A stretch of 36,722 bases of DNA from Octopus sinensis (lineage: Eukaryota): NCBI RefSeq assembly GCF_006345805.1, contig NW_021836832.1, positions 1-36,722 on the forward strand, written 5' to 3'. The position numbers and the translations under genes were made by a program. Positions 11,800-23,802 of the stretch are shown one piece after another (position 1 is the first letter of the stretch; each line of letters opens with the position of its first letter). The notes below the pieces were generated by a model. It saw nothing but the letters and a program-made list of their open reading frames with translations, ran no database searches and was not told where the DNA came from.

Positions 11800-12960
11800 C
11801 AGTCAATATAATAATATAAATAAGATAATAATATAAATAAGGATAACCTCGAGGACAAAGAAATAAGAACCCACAATATGGTAGAAGCTATAGCCACTCA
11901 TAATAAAAAAGTAATACTGGTGGAATGTACCAGTGAAGACCTCAGTAGAATGCAAGCACAACAAACCTGATATAATGATTTGGGATAGAGAAGAGAAACT
12001 GCGCACAGTTGTGGAAATTAGCCGCCTAGCGGATGTTAATATAAAGCTGAATACCAGTGAAAAAGAGAACACCTATTCTTTTTATTCTTTTACTTGTTTC
12101 AGTCATTTGCCTGCGGCCATGCTGGAGCACCGCCTTTAGTCGAGCAAATCGACCCCGGGACTTATTCATTGTAAGCCCAGTACTTATTCTATCGGTCTCT
12201 TTTGCCGAACCGCTAGGTGACGGGGACATAAACATACCAGCATCGGCTGTCAAGCAATGCTAGGGGGACAAACATAAACATTCACGCACACATATATATA
12301 TACATATATACGACGGGCTTCTTTCAGTTTCCATCTACTAAATCCACTCACAAGGCTTTGGTCGGCCCGGGGCTATAGCAGAAGACACTTGCCGAAGATG
12401 CCACGCAGTGGGACTGAACCCGGAACCATGTGGTTGGTTAGCAAGCTACTAACCACACAGCCACTCCTGCACCTATGCTGAACTATTGAGAAAACTGCAG
12501 TTACTCTATTCAGATAAGTTCAGGTTTATACCTGTAATTATTGGGGCCCTGGGATATGTAACACACTTCCTAAATACCAATCTTGAGAAATTGGGCTTCT
12601 CAAAATCAGAAAGGAGAAAGCTAATTCGAAGACTACAGATCCAATCCATCACTGGAATTGTAAAAATCTGTAAAACTTTCCAGAAGTTTATCATTTAAAT
12701 ATATATGAACATGTATAGATATACAACTATATACATGAAAATACGTATATAAAACATACAAATCTGCATATACATACATACATACATACATACATACATA
12801 CATACATACATACATACATACATACATACATACATGCATACATAACACAAACAAAAATACCCTGTTATTGATGTTGAGACTCCAGTGAAGGAACCTTGGA
12901 TCTAGGTTAGAAACCGGTTCTTCCTCTATTGACAAGAAATCTTGAAATAAAATGAATAAT
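11800..12960 (+). mobile_element. 5'-truncated R4/Dong-like (restriction-like endonuclease) non-LTR retrotransposon 3' end, interrupted by a SINE
   Basis: YWWNVPVKTSVECKHNKPDIMIWDREEKLRTVVEIS..DVN..SEKENTY|AELLRKLQLLYSDKFRFIPVIIGALG...FQKFII* reads in frame once the SINE and one TSD copy are removed. A 3' UTR with (TACA)n ends in ...AATAAAATGAATAAT. Confidence 0.82.
12077..12476 (-). mobile_element. tRNA-headed SINE family B (octopus OK/OR-type), full length
   Basis: Head GGTGCAGGAGTGGCTGTGTGG with A/B-box-like motifs and an internal microsatellite. TSD CACCTAT at 12070-12076 and 12470-12476. Confidence 0.9.
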
Positions 12961-13296
12961 GGCATACATACAGATAAACAAACAAAGATGGCGCCGTCAA
13001 TATAGAGCACAGTTTAAAATTTTAATTTGAAGCCTTTCTTTTACATTCACGCCGACTTCTTCAGTCTAAATCAGCCTTATCATGATTAGCTTTATATGAG
13101 AAAGAAGATATAATCTCAAGAATAAAAGATTCGTCAGCATTGGCATTCTATGAAATCAAAGAACAGGCTTATTGTTTGGAGATTAAATGACAGTCGTGGA
13201 AATTTGTTTCTACATGAATAGGCGTCATCAGCTCGGTTGTTCTTATCACCAGTAGTGATGGTTCTTAGACGCATACAAAAAGAGTTTAAAGTACAT

Positions 13297-13297
<1 letters not shown>

Positions 13298-13366
<69 letters not shown>

Positions 13367-13412
13367 ACACACACACTCACGCACACACACACACACACTC
13401 ATACATACACAC
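13298..13412. repeat. (CA)n microsatellite
   Basis: Directly visible. Confidence 0.95.
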
Positions 13413-13973
13413 ACGCATATGTGTCTGTGCGTGACTCTGTGTACGTGTGTATATGTCTGTCGGTATGCATTCCATTCATTTAAACCTTCGCCAATTAATT
13501 ATATATATGCCAATCAGAGACACGTTGTCTGCGTAGACAAGTCAGTGGAACCTACACAGAGTGAAACCATTAATACTAATGATTAAATACAAGAATTAAT
13601 TGGCTCCTAATTCATTATGAACATGTATATTTAATGCATAAAATTAGGTTTGTAATTCAATAAATGGTTAAAATGTCGATGTAAACAGGAACAAGTCTTG
13701 CTGTGTTTCAAGTTCTCTCTAACACATAGCACTGCTAATCTCACATAGAATGTGTTTAGATTTGGATACATTAAACATGGTTTTCAAGAAGTAAAAAATA
13801 AAACTGCCTTCGTTAAGAGAGAAGAGTAAAAGTATATATTGGCCTCATTTATTATTACTGAGCAAAGATTTGGAGATGTTTTATTCTATTTCAGGATATA
13901 AAATACAAGAATGATAATGATTTGCCGGACACGGTTATGTAACACTTTGATGAAAGAATTAAGAACATTAAGA

Positions 13974-14206
13974 AAGGCGGCGAGCTGGGAGAAACGTTAG
14001 CACGCCGGACGAAATGCTTAGCAAAATTTCGTCTGCCGCTACGTTCTGAGTTCAAATTCCGCCGAGGTCGACTTTGTCTTTCATCCTTTTGGGGGTCGAT
14101 AAATTAAGTACCAGTTACGCACTGGGGTCGATATAATCGACTTAATTCCTTTGTCTGTCCTTGTTTGTCCTCACTGTGCTTAGCCCCTTGTGGGTGGTAA
14201 AGAAAT
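13974..14206 (+). mobile_element. SINE family A, monomer
   Basis: 17-bp TSD AAGAATTAAGAACATTA at 13954-13970 and 14207-14223. Confidence 0.92.
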
Positions 14207-14419
14207 AAGAATTAAGAACATTACCAAGAAGGATGCACGTAAAAGTATGCGGCCAACATCTGGAAATCCAGGAGAAACAACTTCGAGTACCGTCGGTGAC
14301 CGTTCTACATTTACAAAAAAATCTGCAAAGCATGTGTTTGCTTGTGGTTGTATCTGTGTACGTGTGCGTGCGCGCAGTGTATGTGTGTACACTCAAATGC
14401 ACACATATATGCATAGGGG

Positions 14420-14760
14420 TGAGGGTACATGGGTCAATGACTTGAGCGTCGAGCTCACAATCATGAGGTAGTGAATTCGATTCCTGGACCGGGCTGTGAG
14501 TTGTGTTCTTGAGCAAGACACTTTATTTCACGTTACTCCAGTTCACTCAACCATAGAAATGAATCATAACATCACTGGTGCCAAGCTGTATCGGTCTTTG
14601 CCTTTCCCTTGGATAACATCAGTGGCGATGAGAGGGGCGGCTGATATGCATGGGCGATTTCTGGTCTTCCATAAACAACCTTGTCCAGACTTGTGCCTCG
14701 GAGGGAAACTTTCTAGGTGCAATCCCATGGTTATTGATGACCCAAAAGGGTCTCTACCCT
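14420..14760 (+). mobile_element. Degenerate tRNA-headed SINE family D with CORE-like central segment
   Basis: B-box-like GAATTCGATTCC followed by GTGTTCTTGAGCAAGACACTT..., which resembles the CORE-SINE motif (recalled, not aligned). Confidence 0.55.
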
Positions 14761-15694
14761 TTTATATGCATAAAGTTATGTGTATACATATACACACATG
14801 TTTTATCTTTTAGTTGTTTCAAGCCCTGGACTGCGGGCACACTGGAAGTACTATCTGGAAAGGTTTAGTCGAACGAATGGACTTCTACCGAACTGCTTGG
14901 TTACAGGGACGTAAACACAGCCATATTGGTTGTCAAGCAGGAGTGTGGAAAACATGTACAGTGGCAAACACACACGCACAATACAACATGCGTGATCACA
15001 GTTTCCGTATACCAAATTCTCTCATAAGGCATTAACTGGTTTGAGGCTATAGCAGAAGACACTTGCTCAAGGTGCCACGTACCCGAAACCACGCGATTGC
15101 AAACTGGTTTTGTTAATCACACACCTATGCCTGCGTAGAAGACTCACACCGCGCATATATTGTATGTTTATTATATCAAATGTTTACAGTAAGTATGTTA
15201 TGACACTAACCAACATATTGCAGAGGGTGTTTAAAGATTAAAGAGCTTATGAAACCAGCTAAGATTATTTCTTATTCCATTAATTATGTGTCTTTAGAAA
15301 TGAATATTTCATATTCATGTCCAGCTGAAATTATCAATAGTTTTTGATGTATGAAACTGGCGACTCATGTTTGCTAAAACAAATATACTGTTCATAATAT
15401 TAAAAAAAAAATTTGAATGTAGCAGCCTGCATCGAGTTGAGAGAGTATCTTCTTGCGGTATCTGAGAAGCTATCGCGGAGCTGATGAATTTTCCTCCTGA
15501 TTCTGTGTAGGCTGACGACAACGAATCACCCGATACAACCAGAGTGTGAGGTTGTGCCTTGAACTGAAATACTTTTATGTTTGCCTGTGAACGGTGTAGA
15601 TACGCTAACGTTCGGAAGAAGCAGTTACGCGATTCGCTGGACACCATACACGTGTAGGATTGGCGCAGTTCTTTTCTCAGTTACACAATATATA

Positions 15695-16177
15695 CCGTAA
15701 ATCCTCGAGTATAATACGCATTTTTTCCCCAAAATTTAAAGGTTGAAATCCCTAGTGCGTACTATATACGAGGTTAAAAATGAAAAATATTTTCTAAGCA
15801 TTGTCCGAGTCTCTATTTGCTGTCTGGCAATGTTTATTCAGACGCATTTTGAGATGTCGGGCATGAAAATCGAAAATATCTTAAGCTAAGCCTAAAAGCA
15901 ATGAAGTCATAAAAGAATCATCCATAACTTGCAGTAAGCAACATTTATTAAAATAAAAGTATTCAGAACACAGAATAACATGTAACAAAAATAGTTAAGA
16001 ACATCACCATTATTGTATTACGCATGTGCAGAAGTGTTTGTTCGAATAGGTGCTGCTGGCTTAGTTACGCACGGCTCAAGTTAGAGAAGGGGTGCGTATT
16101 ATACTTTCAGAAGTACAGCCCCCTAAAAATCCTCTGCGTATTATACTTAAGGGCGGACTCTACTCGAAGATTTACGG
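15695..16177. mobile_element. Tc1/mariner-superfamily (pogo/Tigger-type) MITE, 483 bp
   Basis: TIR CCGTAAATCCTCGAGTA vs TACTCGAAGATTTACGG (1 mismatch), TA on both sides. Subterminal TGCGTA(T/C)TATA motif occurs four times, one copy inverted. Confidence 0.85.
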
Positions 16178-16344
16178 TATTCCTTTCGTGTAGCGCGGTT
16201 TCTACGGAAAGTGTTAAAAACAAAAGAACCTAGGCTATCTACTCCTTCGTGAGTAAGCATAATTAAAATGTTTCTCTCCGTTAATCTTAGGTTACGTCTA
16301 CCGCATGAATTCAGTTATGAAAATCGATACAGACTGTTACAAGA

Positions 16345-16367
16345 ATGTGTGTGTGTATGTGAGTGTA

Positions 16368-16413
<46 letters not shown>

Positions 16414-16438
16414 GTGTGTGTGTGTGTGTGTGTGTGTG
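16345..16438. repeat. (TG)n microsatellite
   Basis: Directly visible. Confidence 0.95.
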
Positions 16439-17149
16439 CCTGCGTGCATGTGTGCAGAAACAAATGCCTGTTTGTCTTATAGTCGGTCAAATATCTCAAT
16501 GCTATAGCGATTATAGACAAAGCTATCTACACTTCCTATGTTGGTGTCAGCTAAAGCGTTGAAAATATGAAGAGACAAGAAAAATTGTGTCGTTTATTTG
16601 TAAGAAAATTGGCAAATTATAACGTCATAATAGAAATACATAACAACTTTCAATCGAAATATATATAAGAAATAAATAAATAACACGAAATATTTTTTAC
16701 CCCATTTTAATTTTTTGAGCTGAAAAGTCAAGATTGAAATGACGTATTATGGAAATCTTTTTATAATTTTACAAAATGTCTTCTTTCATAAAATTATTGA
16801 AATTTATTAAAATCTTCAGTTATTTACTGTAGTGAAAATTATACGTTTCTTGAAGAAAGCTAATCATAATAATGTTTCTAATACAAAGACAAGTTCAGGA
16901 ATATTGTGAGAAGATGTTCCTTTAATAGTCGAGACCTGATAGACTCGACTTGTATTCCAGAGTGGCCACCGCAGGTGGCTGCTCGGGTACTGGAAGAAAG
17001 GAACCTCTATCATATAATGGACTTCTTCTCAAAGGAAGAGTACAGCTCTTGTTTATGGGTCCCAACTTGCGGCTGCTGGAATGCCTACAGGAGGCAAGAA
17101 AGTTTATAAGGGACTCATTTGTGTAATAGGTTTATCGCCTATTAAATTA

Positions 17150-17341
17150 CTCTTTTACTCTTTTACTTGTTTCAGTTATTTGACTGTGGCCATGCTGGAG
17201 CACCGCCTTTAGTCGAGCAAATCGACCCCGGGACTTATTCTTTGTAAGCCTAGTATTTATTCTATCGGTCTCTTTTGCCGAACCGCTAAGTGACGGGGAC
17301 GTAAACACACCAGCATCGGTTGTCAAGCAATGCTAGGGGGA

Positions 17342-17383
<42 letters not shown>

Positions 17384-17553
17384 CATACATATATACGACA
17401 AGCTTCTTTCAGTTTCCGTCTACCAAATCCACTCACAAGGCATTGGTCGGCCTGGGGCTATAGCAGAAGACACTTGCCCAAGATGCCACGCAGTGGGACT
17501 GAACCCGGAACCATGTGGTTGGTTAGCAAGCTACTTACCACACAGCCACTCCT
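17150..17553 (-). mobile_element. SINE family B, full length
   Basis: Reverse complement of the 1689-2090 sequence with few substitutions. Confidence 0.9.
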
Positions 17554-17789
17554 AATTGTTTATTATCCTAATGGACTTTTTAGACCAGAAAGTTTAATAA
17601 AATTGTAAGAGGGTTAATACCTCATTCGGTATTTTTAAAAAGAAAGAACAATGTTTTAGAGAAGCAAAAGTCGGCGGGCGCTTTTCGTCTTCTCCCATCC
17701 TTATCCTCCTTGTATCATTATCATTCACCTCATTAACGTCCGTGTCCAGCCCGTGAGCTACCTTATTCTATATACTGTCTTTATGGCAA

Positions 17790-18190
17790 ACTAGCAGTAT
17801 AGTCCAGCGTTGCTCGGGCTTGTTTTCTGTTCGACTTTTTAGAATTGGAATTTTTGAAAAGTAAAAATTTCGCATTATGTAGCTTGTTATTCCCTTTAAA
17901 TGAACATTTTTCTGGTTGGAATACACCGAAATATGATGACAGAGCAGTAAAAAAATCGTAAAAAATAGGGATTTTCATAGAAAAAAAAAGCACCTTTTTT
18001 CTGTAAATAATTTTTGGTGTTAACATGGTCCGATTTGAATTTTTTCTTCTACGGAATGAAGAGCAAGCCTTCTTCTATCATACTCTTAATTTTGGTCAAC
18101 TTGCGCCGCAGGGTCTCGGAGAAGATAGAGTTAGTTGAAGGCTACCAAACCTGCCATACACAGACAACTTCAGCTTTATATATAGAGAGA
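17790..18190 (+). mobile_element. DINE-1/Helentron-like non-autonomous element
   Basis: Starts ACTAGCAGTATAGTCCAGCGTTGCTCGGG and ends CAGACAACTTCAGCTTTATATATAGAG, resembling termini I recall for this class. Not aligned to a consensus. Confidence 0.45.
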
Positions 18191-18885
18191 TTTGATAAAA
18201 TAAACTTGACCCAAGTGTTTAACTGATCCTTTATTTTATGACTACTCAAGTACGAAATCAATAATGACCTCAGTGAGATTCCTGGTCGTTCATACTCTTC
18301 TTCATACATGTTTACCTGTTTAGGTAGAAGTTTTGCTATCCACCTCATTATTACTGCTTTTAACAGTAATAATACTTCACATATTTACGTTTTTATTGTT
18401 TACGATAAATAATAGTTATCGCCATACTAATATGGCATTCTTATAAAAAGTAAGAATAAAGCTGTCCGCTTATTAGCTCCATGAGGCCATCGCCCTTAGT
18501 TAGCTATTTGATACACAAACTGTATCCATATAACCTTCGAACAGGGAGGTCAGTCGCTCACCACCACACTACTTGACCGGCAGCTACGAACGCGTTTCGG
18601 GGTATTGCCCCTTTTCAATGCAGCGTAGCCAGCCAGTAGGTGTCGCTTCCTAAATCTTTATTATGATTATAAAATCTTACAGAGATAGTACATTACAATA
18701 CAAAACATAATTACAAAAAGTTTACGTTGTTCGTTTGATATTTACATATGTTGATTTTGATTATGATACTAGACTTTACTTTTCTCCTTTTTTTTTAAAA
18801 TTAAAAATGATTTTGGCCAGCTAGGTATATCACAGTCAGGATTCTTACCCGACAGCCTAAGAGCCCGAGACTATTTTTCTCCCTT

Positions 18886-21800
18886 CATGATGACCAAGCA
18901 GGGTTACTCACACACACCTTTTTTATCACATCCTTCCATCGATTCACATACTTTTTCTGTGTCAGGTTCCTCTTCTCTAAATCCATCTTGCTCTTTAGAT
19001 GGTATCTGAAGTATTTTAACATACCATATCCAGAGACAAAGGTTCCTGACACCCAAACCTTCCAATCTAGTTCTCCACACCCTCTTTCAGTACTGCCACC
19101 CGTACAGTGAAAAACAAGCCTCACCTTCCTTTGAGAGTCCAGCTGGCGGTAATCATCTTATTATAGAACCAGCCGATAGCTGTACTCGTCCCAGATGCGA
19201 CAAAAACGTGTTCTACGTAACTTATTAAGCCTGACAGCTCCTGACAATGTACAAAAGCGTGCTGGACGGTTTTCATCGTCCAACCCCATCTTGGACATGT
19301 CGGTGCACTGACATTCCATGCCTATATACTTATCGCGAACAGGTAGAGCATCCTATAGCACTGCCAAGTCAGGGATTTTTGGTAATTGTCCAAATACCCC
19401 GGCTTGAAAGTCTTCTTAAAAAACAGTCGGATAGTTGATCCTCATCGAACCCCAGAGCCCTCTATAGACGTCGTCATTTTTTGCCTCTACCATCCTTCTA
19501 TAAAATGTCGAGGTGGTATTCCCGCAGCCGGCTTTGCCTATCTTGTGGATCAGCCAGAGTGCCTGTCGTCTCTCTTTCTGCCATAAAGTCAGGTTCCGTC
19601 TTTTAATGAAACCGGGTTTAAATCTCTCCATAGAGTCCGTTGCGGGAAGAAATTATCTGCCAGCGGACTCCACACCTTATCACCTTCCAGGTGAACCAGA
19701 GATGTCTCAGTCTCTCAGCGCAAGGCCTGCGCGCATCATTAACCAAGGCATCCCAGCCCACCCTTTAGTGGTTCCTGGCAACACACGGAGCGCCTTACAA
19801 GTGGCTTTCTCCCTTCCACAAAAAGCGGAAAAGGAGTCGATCCAACTTGCTTAGCCACAAATCGGGGCAAGGCACGACAGTCAGGCGATAGGTGATTACA
19901 GATGCTATAAACACCTGTACCACCTCCGCCCTCCCTTTCAAGGAAAGATGCTTCCGAACCACTCCCGAACTATGGCTTCGACCTTGGTCACTACCTCCAC
20001 TACGCTCCAATTTTTCTCCGTCTGGGAGTCTGAACCAAACCAAACTCCAAGCAATTTAACAGGACCATCTGTCCAGTGTCCAACAACACTGGACGATATC
20101 GGCTTGTTCCTCCAGGTGCCGAGGCGCAAACCAGTGGACTTGTCCTTGTTAACTTTTGCCCCAGCCACCGCTTCGTATCTTCGGAGAGCACCTTCTACAC
20201 GAGTTAGTTGTGCTTCGTTGGACACGATGAAGGTGACGTCATCCGCATACGCAGAAACAGACTTACCTTACCGCATCCGATTTCATTAGGATTGCATCTC
20301 ACCGTCTCCAACTTCCGCAGCAATGGCTCAAGAGCCAAAAACGTACAGGAGAGGGGACAAGGGACATCCTTGACGAACTGAACGCTTAATCGAAAACGGT
20401 TCCGTTAAGTAACCGTTTATCTGGACTGTGGACTTGATACCAGCTGTACATAGCTGATATCCACCCGCGAAAGTCAGGACCTAGCCAGCCGCTTCGAGAA
20501 CCGTCGCCAGGTACTGATGATCTACCCTATCAAATGCTTTACTTTGGTCTAAAATGGACCAATGCCCCTCCTTTGCCGGCTAATTGCCCAACCCTGTCTA
20601 TAGTGTAGCGTAGAAGGTGAAGATTATCTTCGATCGACCTGCCTGGGATTGCACATGTCTGTGCCTTTCCGACAAGTTTTTCCATGACGACCTTCAACCT
20701 TTCTGCTAACACCTTGGCCAAAATCTTTAACTCTACATTAAGTAGAGTTATGGGCCTATAATTACTAATATTATCCCCCTTGCTCGGGTCTTTCTGGATC
20801 AGCGTCACAACTCCCCGGCTCACAGAACTGGGAATCCTCCCATTCTGTTGCCAGTTTCAGTTTGCGTAGACGCTTGCCAGTATGTCCCCGAACAAGTCCG
20901 CATACAACAATAAAACTCATAGGGCAGACCATCCAGTCCCGGCGACTTTTCCCGGGCGCATCAGCAGCCAAAACCCTCTTACCTCCGCGGGAGTAATCGG
21001 TCCTTCACAGCGTTCCGCTCTGCTTGGCGAGAGCCGAGGCCCACCAGCTAGGAAGTTCTGTAAGTCCTCCCCTCGCTCGAGTGGATCGCCCTCCCCAAAC
21101 AACCGAGCGAAATGCTGTTGAAAGACCTTCTGTATCTCCTCCTGTCCATAGATTTTGCGTCCCTGTTCGTCAGTTAAAGACTTAATAGTGGACTTTTTGC
21201 CCTTCTGACTCTCCACACGACGTGCCCATCCGGCAACATTAATACCTTCTCGTTTCACTGCACGTAGCTTAGCTCTGACTCTACATCCTTCATGCTTGGC
21301 AGTGAGGTGACGGTACAAGATCGTTCTCTCTGCTAACACTCTAGATGCACAGCCAGATCCATTGCCTCGTCTAAGTTCTTAACTAAATCGCCCTCTATTC
21401 TAGTCCTATCTAAATTAGCTGGTTGCTAAATCTAATGGACTCCAAACGGATGGCTCTTTTGAGGGCGATCCACCATCTATTATTAATGATGTTCCACATA
21501 ATGCCCTCTGGACTAATTCCATAATCCGGTTACGGAAAGCTTCACAAGCCAAAATAGACTTGTTCATTTTCCCAGTATCCGGGTCCCTGTCTATGGCATT
21601 TATCTACATGTACCTCACACAGTCACTAATTGTGATCCGTGTAAGGCACAATACAAAATTGTGGACAGCTAATGCTATTCCTATCTCGTTCTTTAAACAA
21701 ATACCCTATCTATATACGATCTGCGTGAGCCGTCATTGTTACTCCACGTCCACTGTGGAATGCTCGGCTCATCCATTCGAAACCGATCTACTAGATTAAA

Positions 21801-22295
21801 GCTCGTCAGTAGACCCTTAAGGCAAGGATTCCCCCTTCTATCAGACGAGCCACACTATCTATCCGCGCATCGATGATAGTGTTGAAATCCCTACCAATAC
21901 TACCGTTTTAGACGTCACTAGAAAGTGCTCCAAGTTCCGATAAAAAACCAGTCTGCCTACCCTCATTAGGAGCATAAACAGCTACCAACCTGAAGGACTG
22001 CTTACTTACGTGAGTTACATCGAGGACAACCAGCCACTACCTTCTGGGTCCATAAAGACAGTACTTACCTGTAAGTCCAAGTTCTTCCTGATAAGGACTG
22101 CCACGCCTGCACTTCCTCCTCGGCTAGGAGAAATAAATTTCTCGTAACCATTGAGAAGATGCGAGAAACGCTTGGGTTCCTCTCATCTGGGACTCGGTGA
22201 CAATGGCTACATCTATTCTGTGTGTCCTGAGGTCGTCCAGCAAGCAAGCCTGTTTCCATTTCGACCCCATTCACACGCACATTTATACAGCCCAC
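18886..22295 (-). pseudogene. Tx1 ORF2 (APE endonuclease + reverse transcriptase), disrupted by frameshifts
   Basis: Starts MGCINVR. ORF-track fragments at 22065-22295, 20917-21339, 20539-20823, 19948-20289, 19795-20043 and 18885-19124 line up in L1/Tx1 domain order. Confidence 0.88.
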
Positions 22296-22663
22296 ACTTA
22301 ATCATCGATGAATGAAGAAAGTTTGTTACTTACGGTTGTGAGAGGGAGCATGGCAGCTTTTGTCTGCCTGCTTCCCCCACACTCTCCGTTGTTGCTGGGC
22401 ATTTAACCGGCGTTGCCACCGGGCTCTGGGATGGAGTGGCTGCCGGCTAATATTCAATTTTCCAGCTATCACCTCTTGTGTGACATCTTAATCAGGTTGT
22501 CCCTCACGTGTAGTTGGAAGAGTCTCTCCTCCTCCATTCCTCCTCTCCAACCTTCGATACCTCCAATCCGGGTTTTTTTTCCGATGGTTTTGAAACATTT
22601 TATGTTTGGTTTCGCCTTTATGTACCAACTACTCTCTCGTTTTTTGTGTTATAAGCAATGCAC

Positions 22664-23802
22664 CTATCGGTTTTTTTGAATCCTTTTAAAGTTGGGGGGC
22701 TGGGGTTTAATGAAATGCTGGCCTACAAAGTAGTGCCAGCGGGGTGGGATTGGATAATTTTTTTGTGTTGTTCTGCGTTTTGTTTTCTTTTTGTTTGGGG
22801 TGGGGAGTCCGGGTATTGATTTCTTCCTTTTGTTGTTGGTTACGGTCGTATATTCCATTACTTCCAGTTCTTTTCCATTTGATAAATTATTTTCCACCTC
22901 GTTTTCGTTTTCCGCTTTGTTTTCCATTCATTTTCTTTTCCTCCTTTTGACTTTCATTTTGCTTTTTCCGGGTATTTCTTTTGTTGTTGCTGTGATGTCT
23001 GCTTTGTTCTCCACAGCGGTTTGAATGGGGGCATTAACGGGTTTTTTCTTTTGTGCACTCTGAGCGGACGTGACCCTTCTGCCCACATTTGAAACATCTG
23101 GGCCTACGTCCCTCAACCGATACCCGCGCAGTGTGTCCATCCCCCACGAAGACCCTGTCTGGCAAACTCTCCAGCGTTGCATTGTCAGCTTGACGATCAT
23201 TCAAGCTGCTGACCTTTCCAAAATTTTGCCTCTTTCATCCTCATGTTTAAAATGTTTAATTTCTCTTCTACGTCGAATACGACGACCGCTGTTGCTGCCC
23301 ACATTACATCGTAACCTGTTGGTATATCCTCTATTGTTATCTTAGCTGTTCTGCGCCCTAAGTACGTGGGCAGCAACAGGATGTCTGCACTCTTCAACGT
23401 TTGAGTTGAAATTTCCTTCGCTATGCTAGCCGACTCGAAATGCGCTTCAATAGTAGCGCTTCTCACTCCTCGGCCAACATAGCGAACCTTGTTCCAATTG
23501 GTGGCCATGCACCGTTCTACCAATTCATTTCTTACATCTGCAATCTTTTTTCCTAATATTTAATACCTTATAAATTACCGTCTTCTCACGATTGCTTGTA
23601 AGGTGTCGGGGGCGGTATATTCTCGTTTCTTCTCCATTCTTTGTATGAACTTTCTGAACTTGAAGAGATCCTCCATTGTTACTTCAGTTCTATAACATTG
23701 CCTCCAACGGCTTCCGAAAAACTTTGTTTCTCCTTTGTATCCTTTGCTTTATAACTCTCCCATCTCGGGAAAATCAGAATTTGACGTTAAGTCAAGATCC
23801 AT
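22664..23802 (-). pseudogene. Tx1 ORF1 (gag-like, zinc knuckle), disrupted by frameshifts
   Basis: ATG at 23802 (MDLDLTSNSDF...). RCFKCGQKGHVRSECTK at ~23050-23100. Lys/Glu-rich C-terminal part. The 3' boundary is approximate. Confidence 0.75.

Noticed and set aside
12880-12935. Hammerhead-like GTGAAGG-AACCT..AGGTT-AGAAACCGGT in the R4-like 3' UTR
   Set aside because: It has a hairpin and a palindromic ACCGGT, but the core is off-consensus and no stem I can be formed. Treated as an ordinary 3' UTR hairpin.
16906-17109. 67-aa ORF in non-repetitive-looking sequence
   Set aside because: GTG start, no recognisable motif and no splice-site support.
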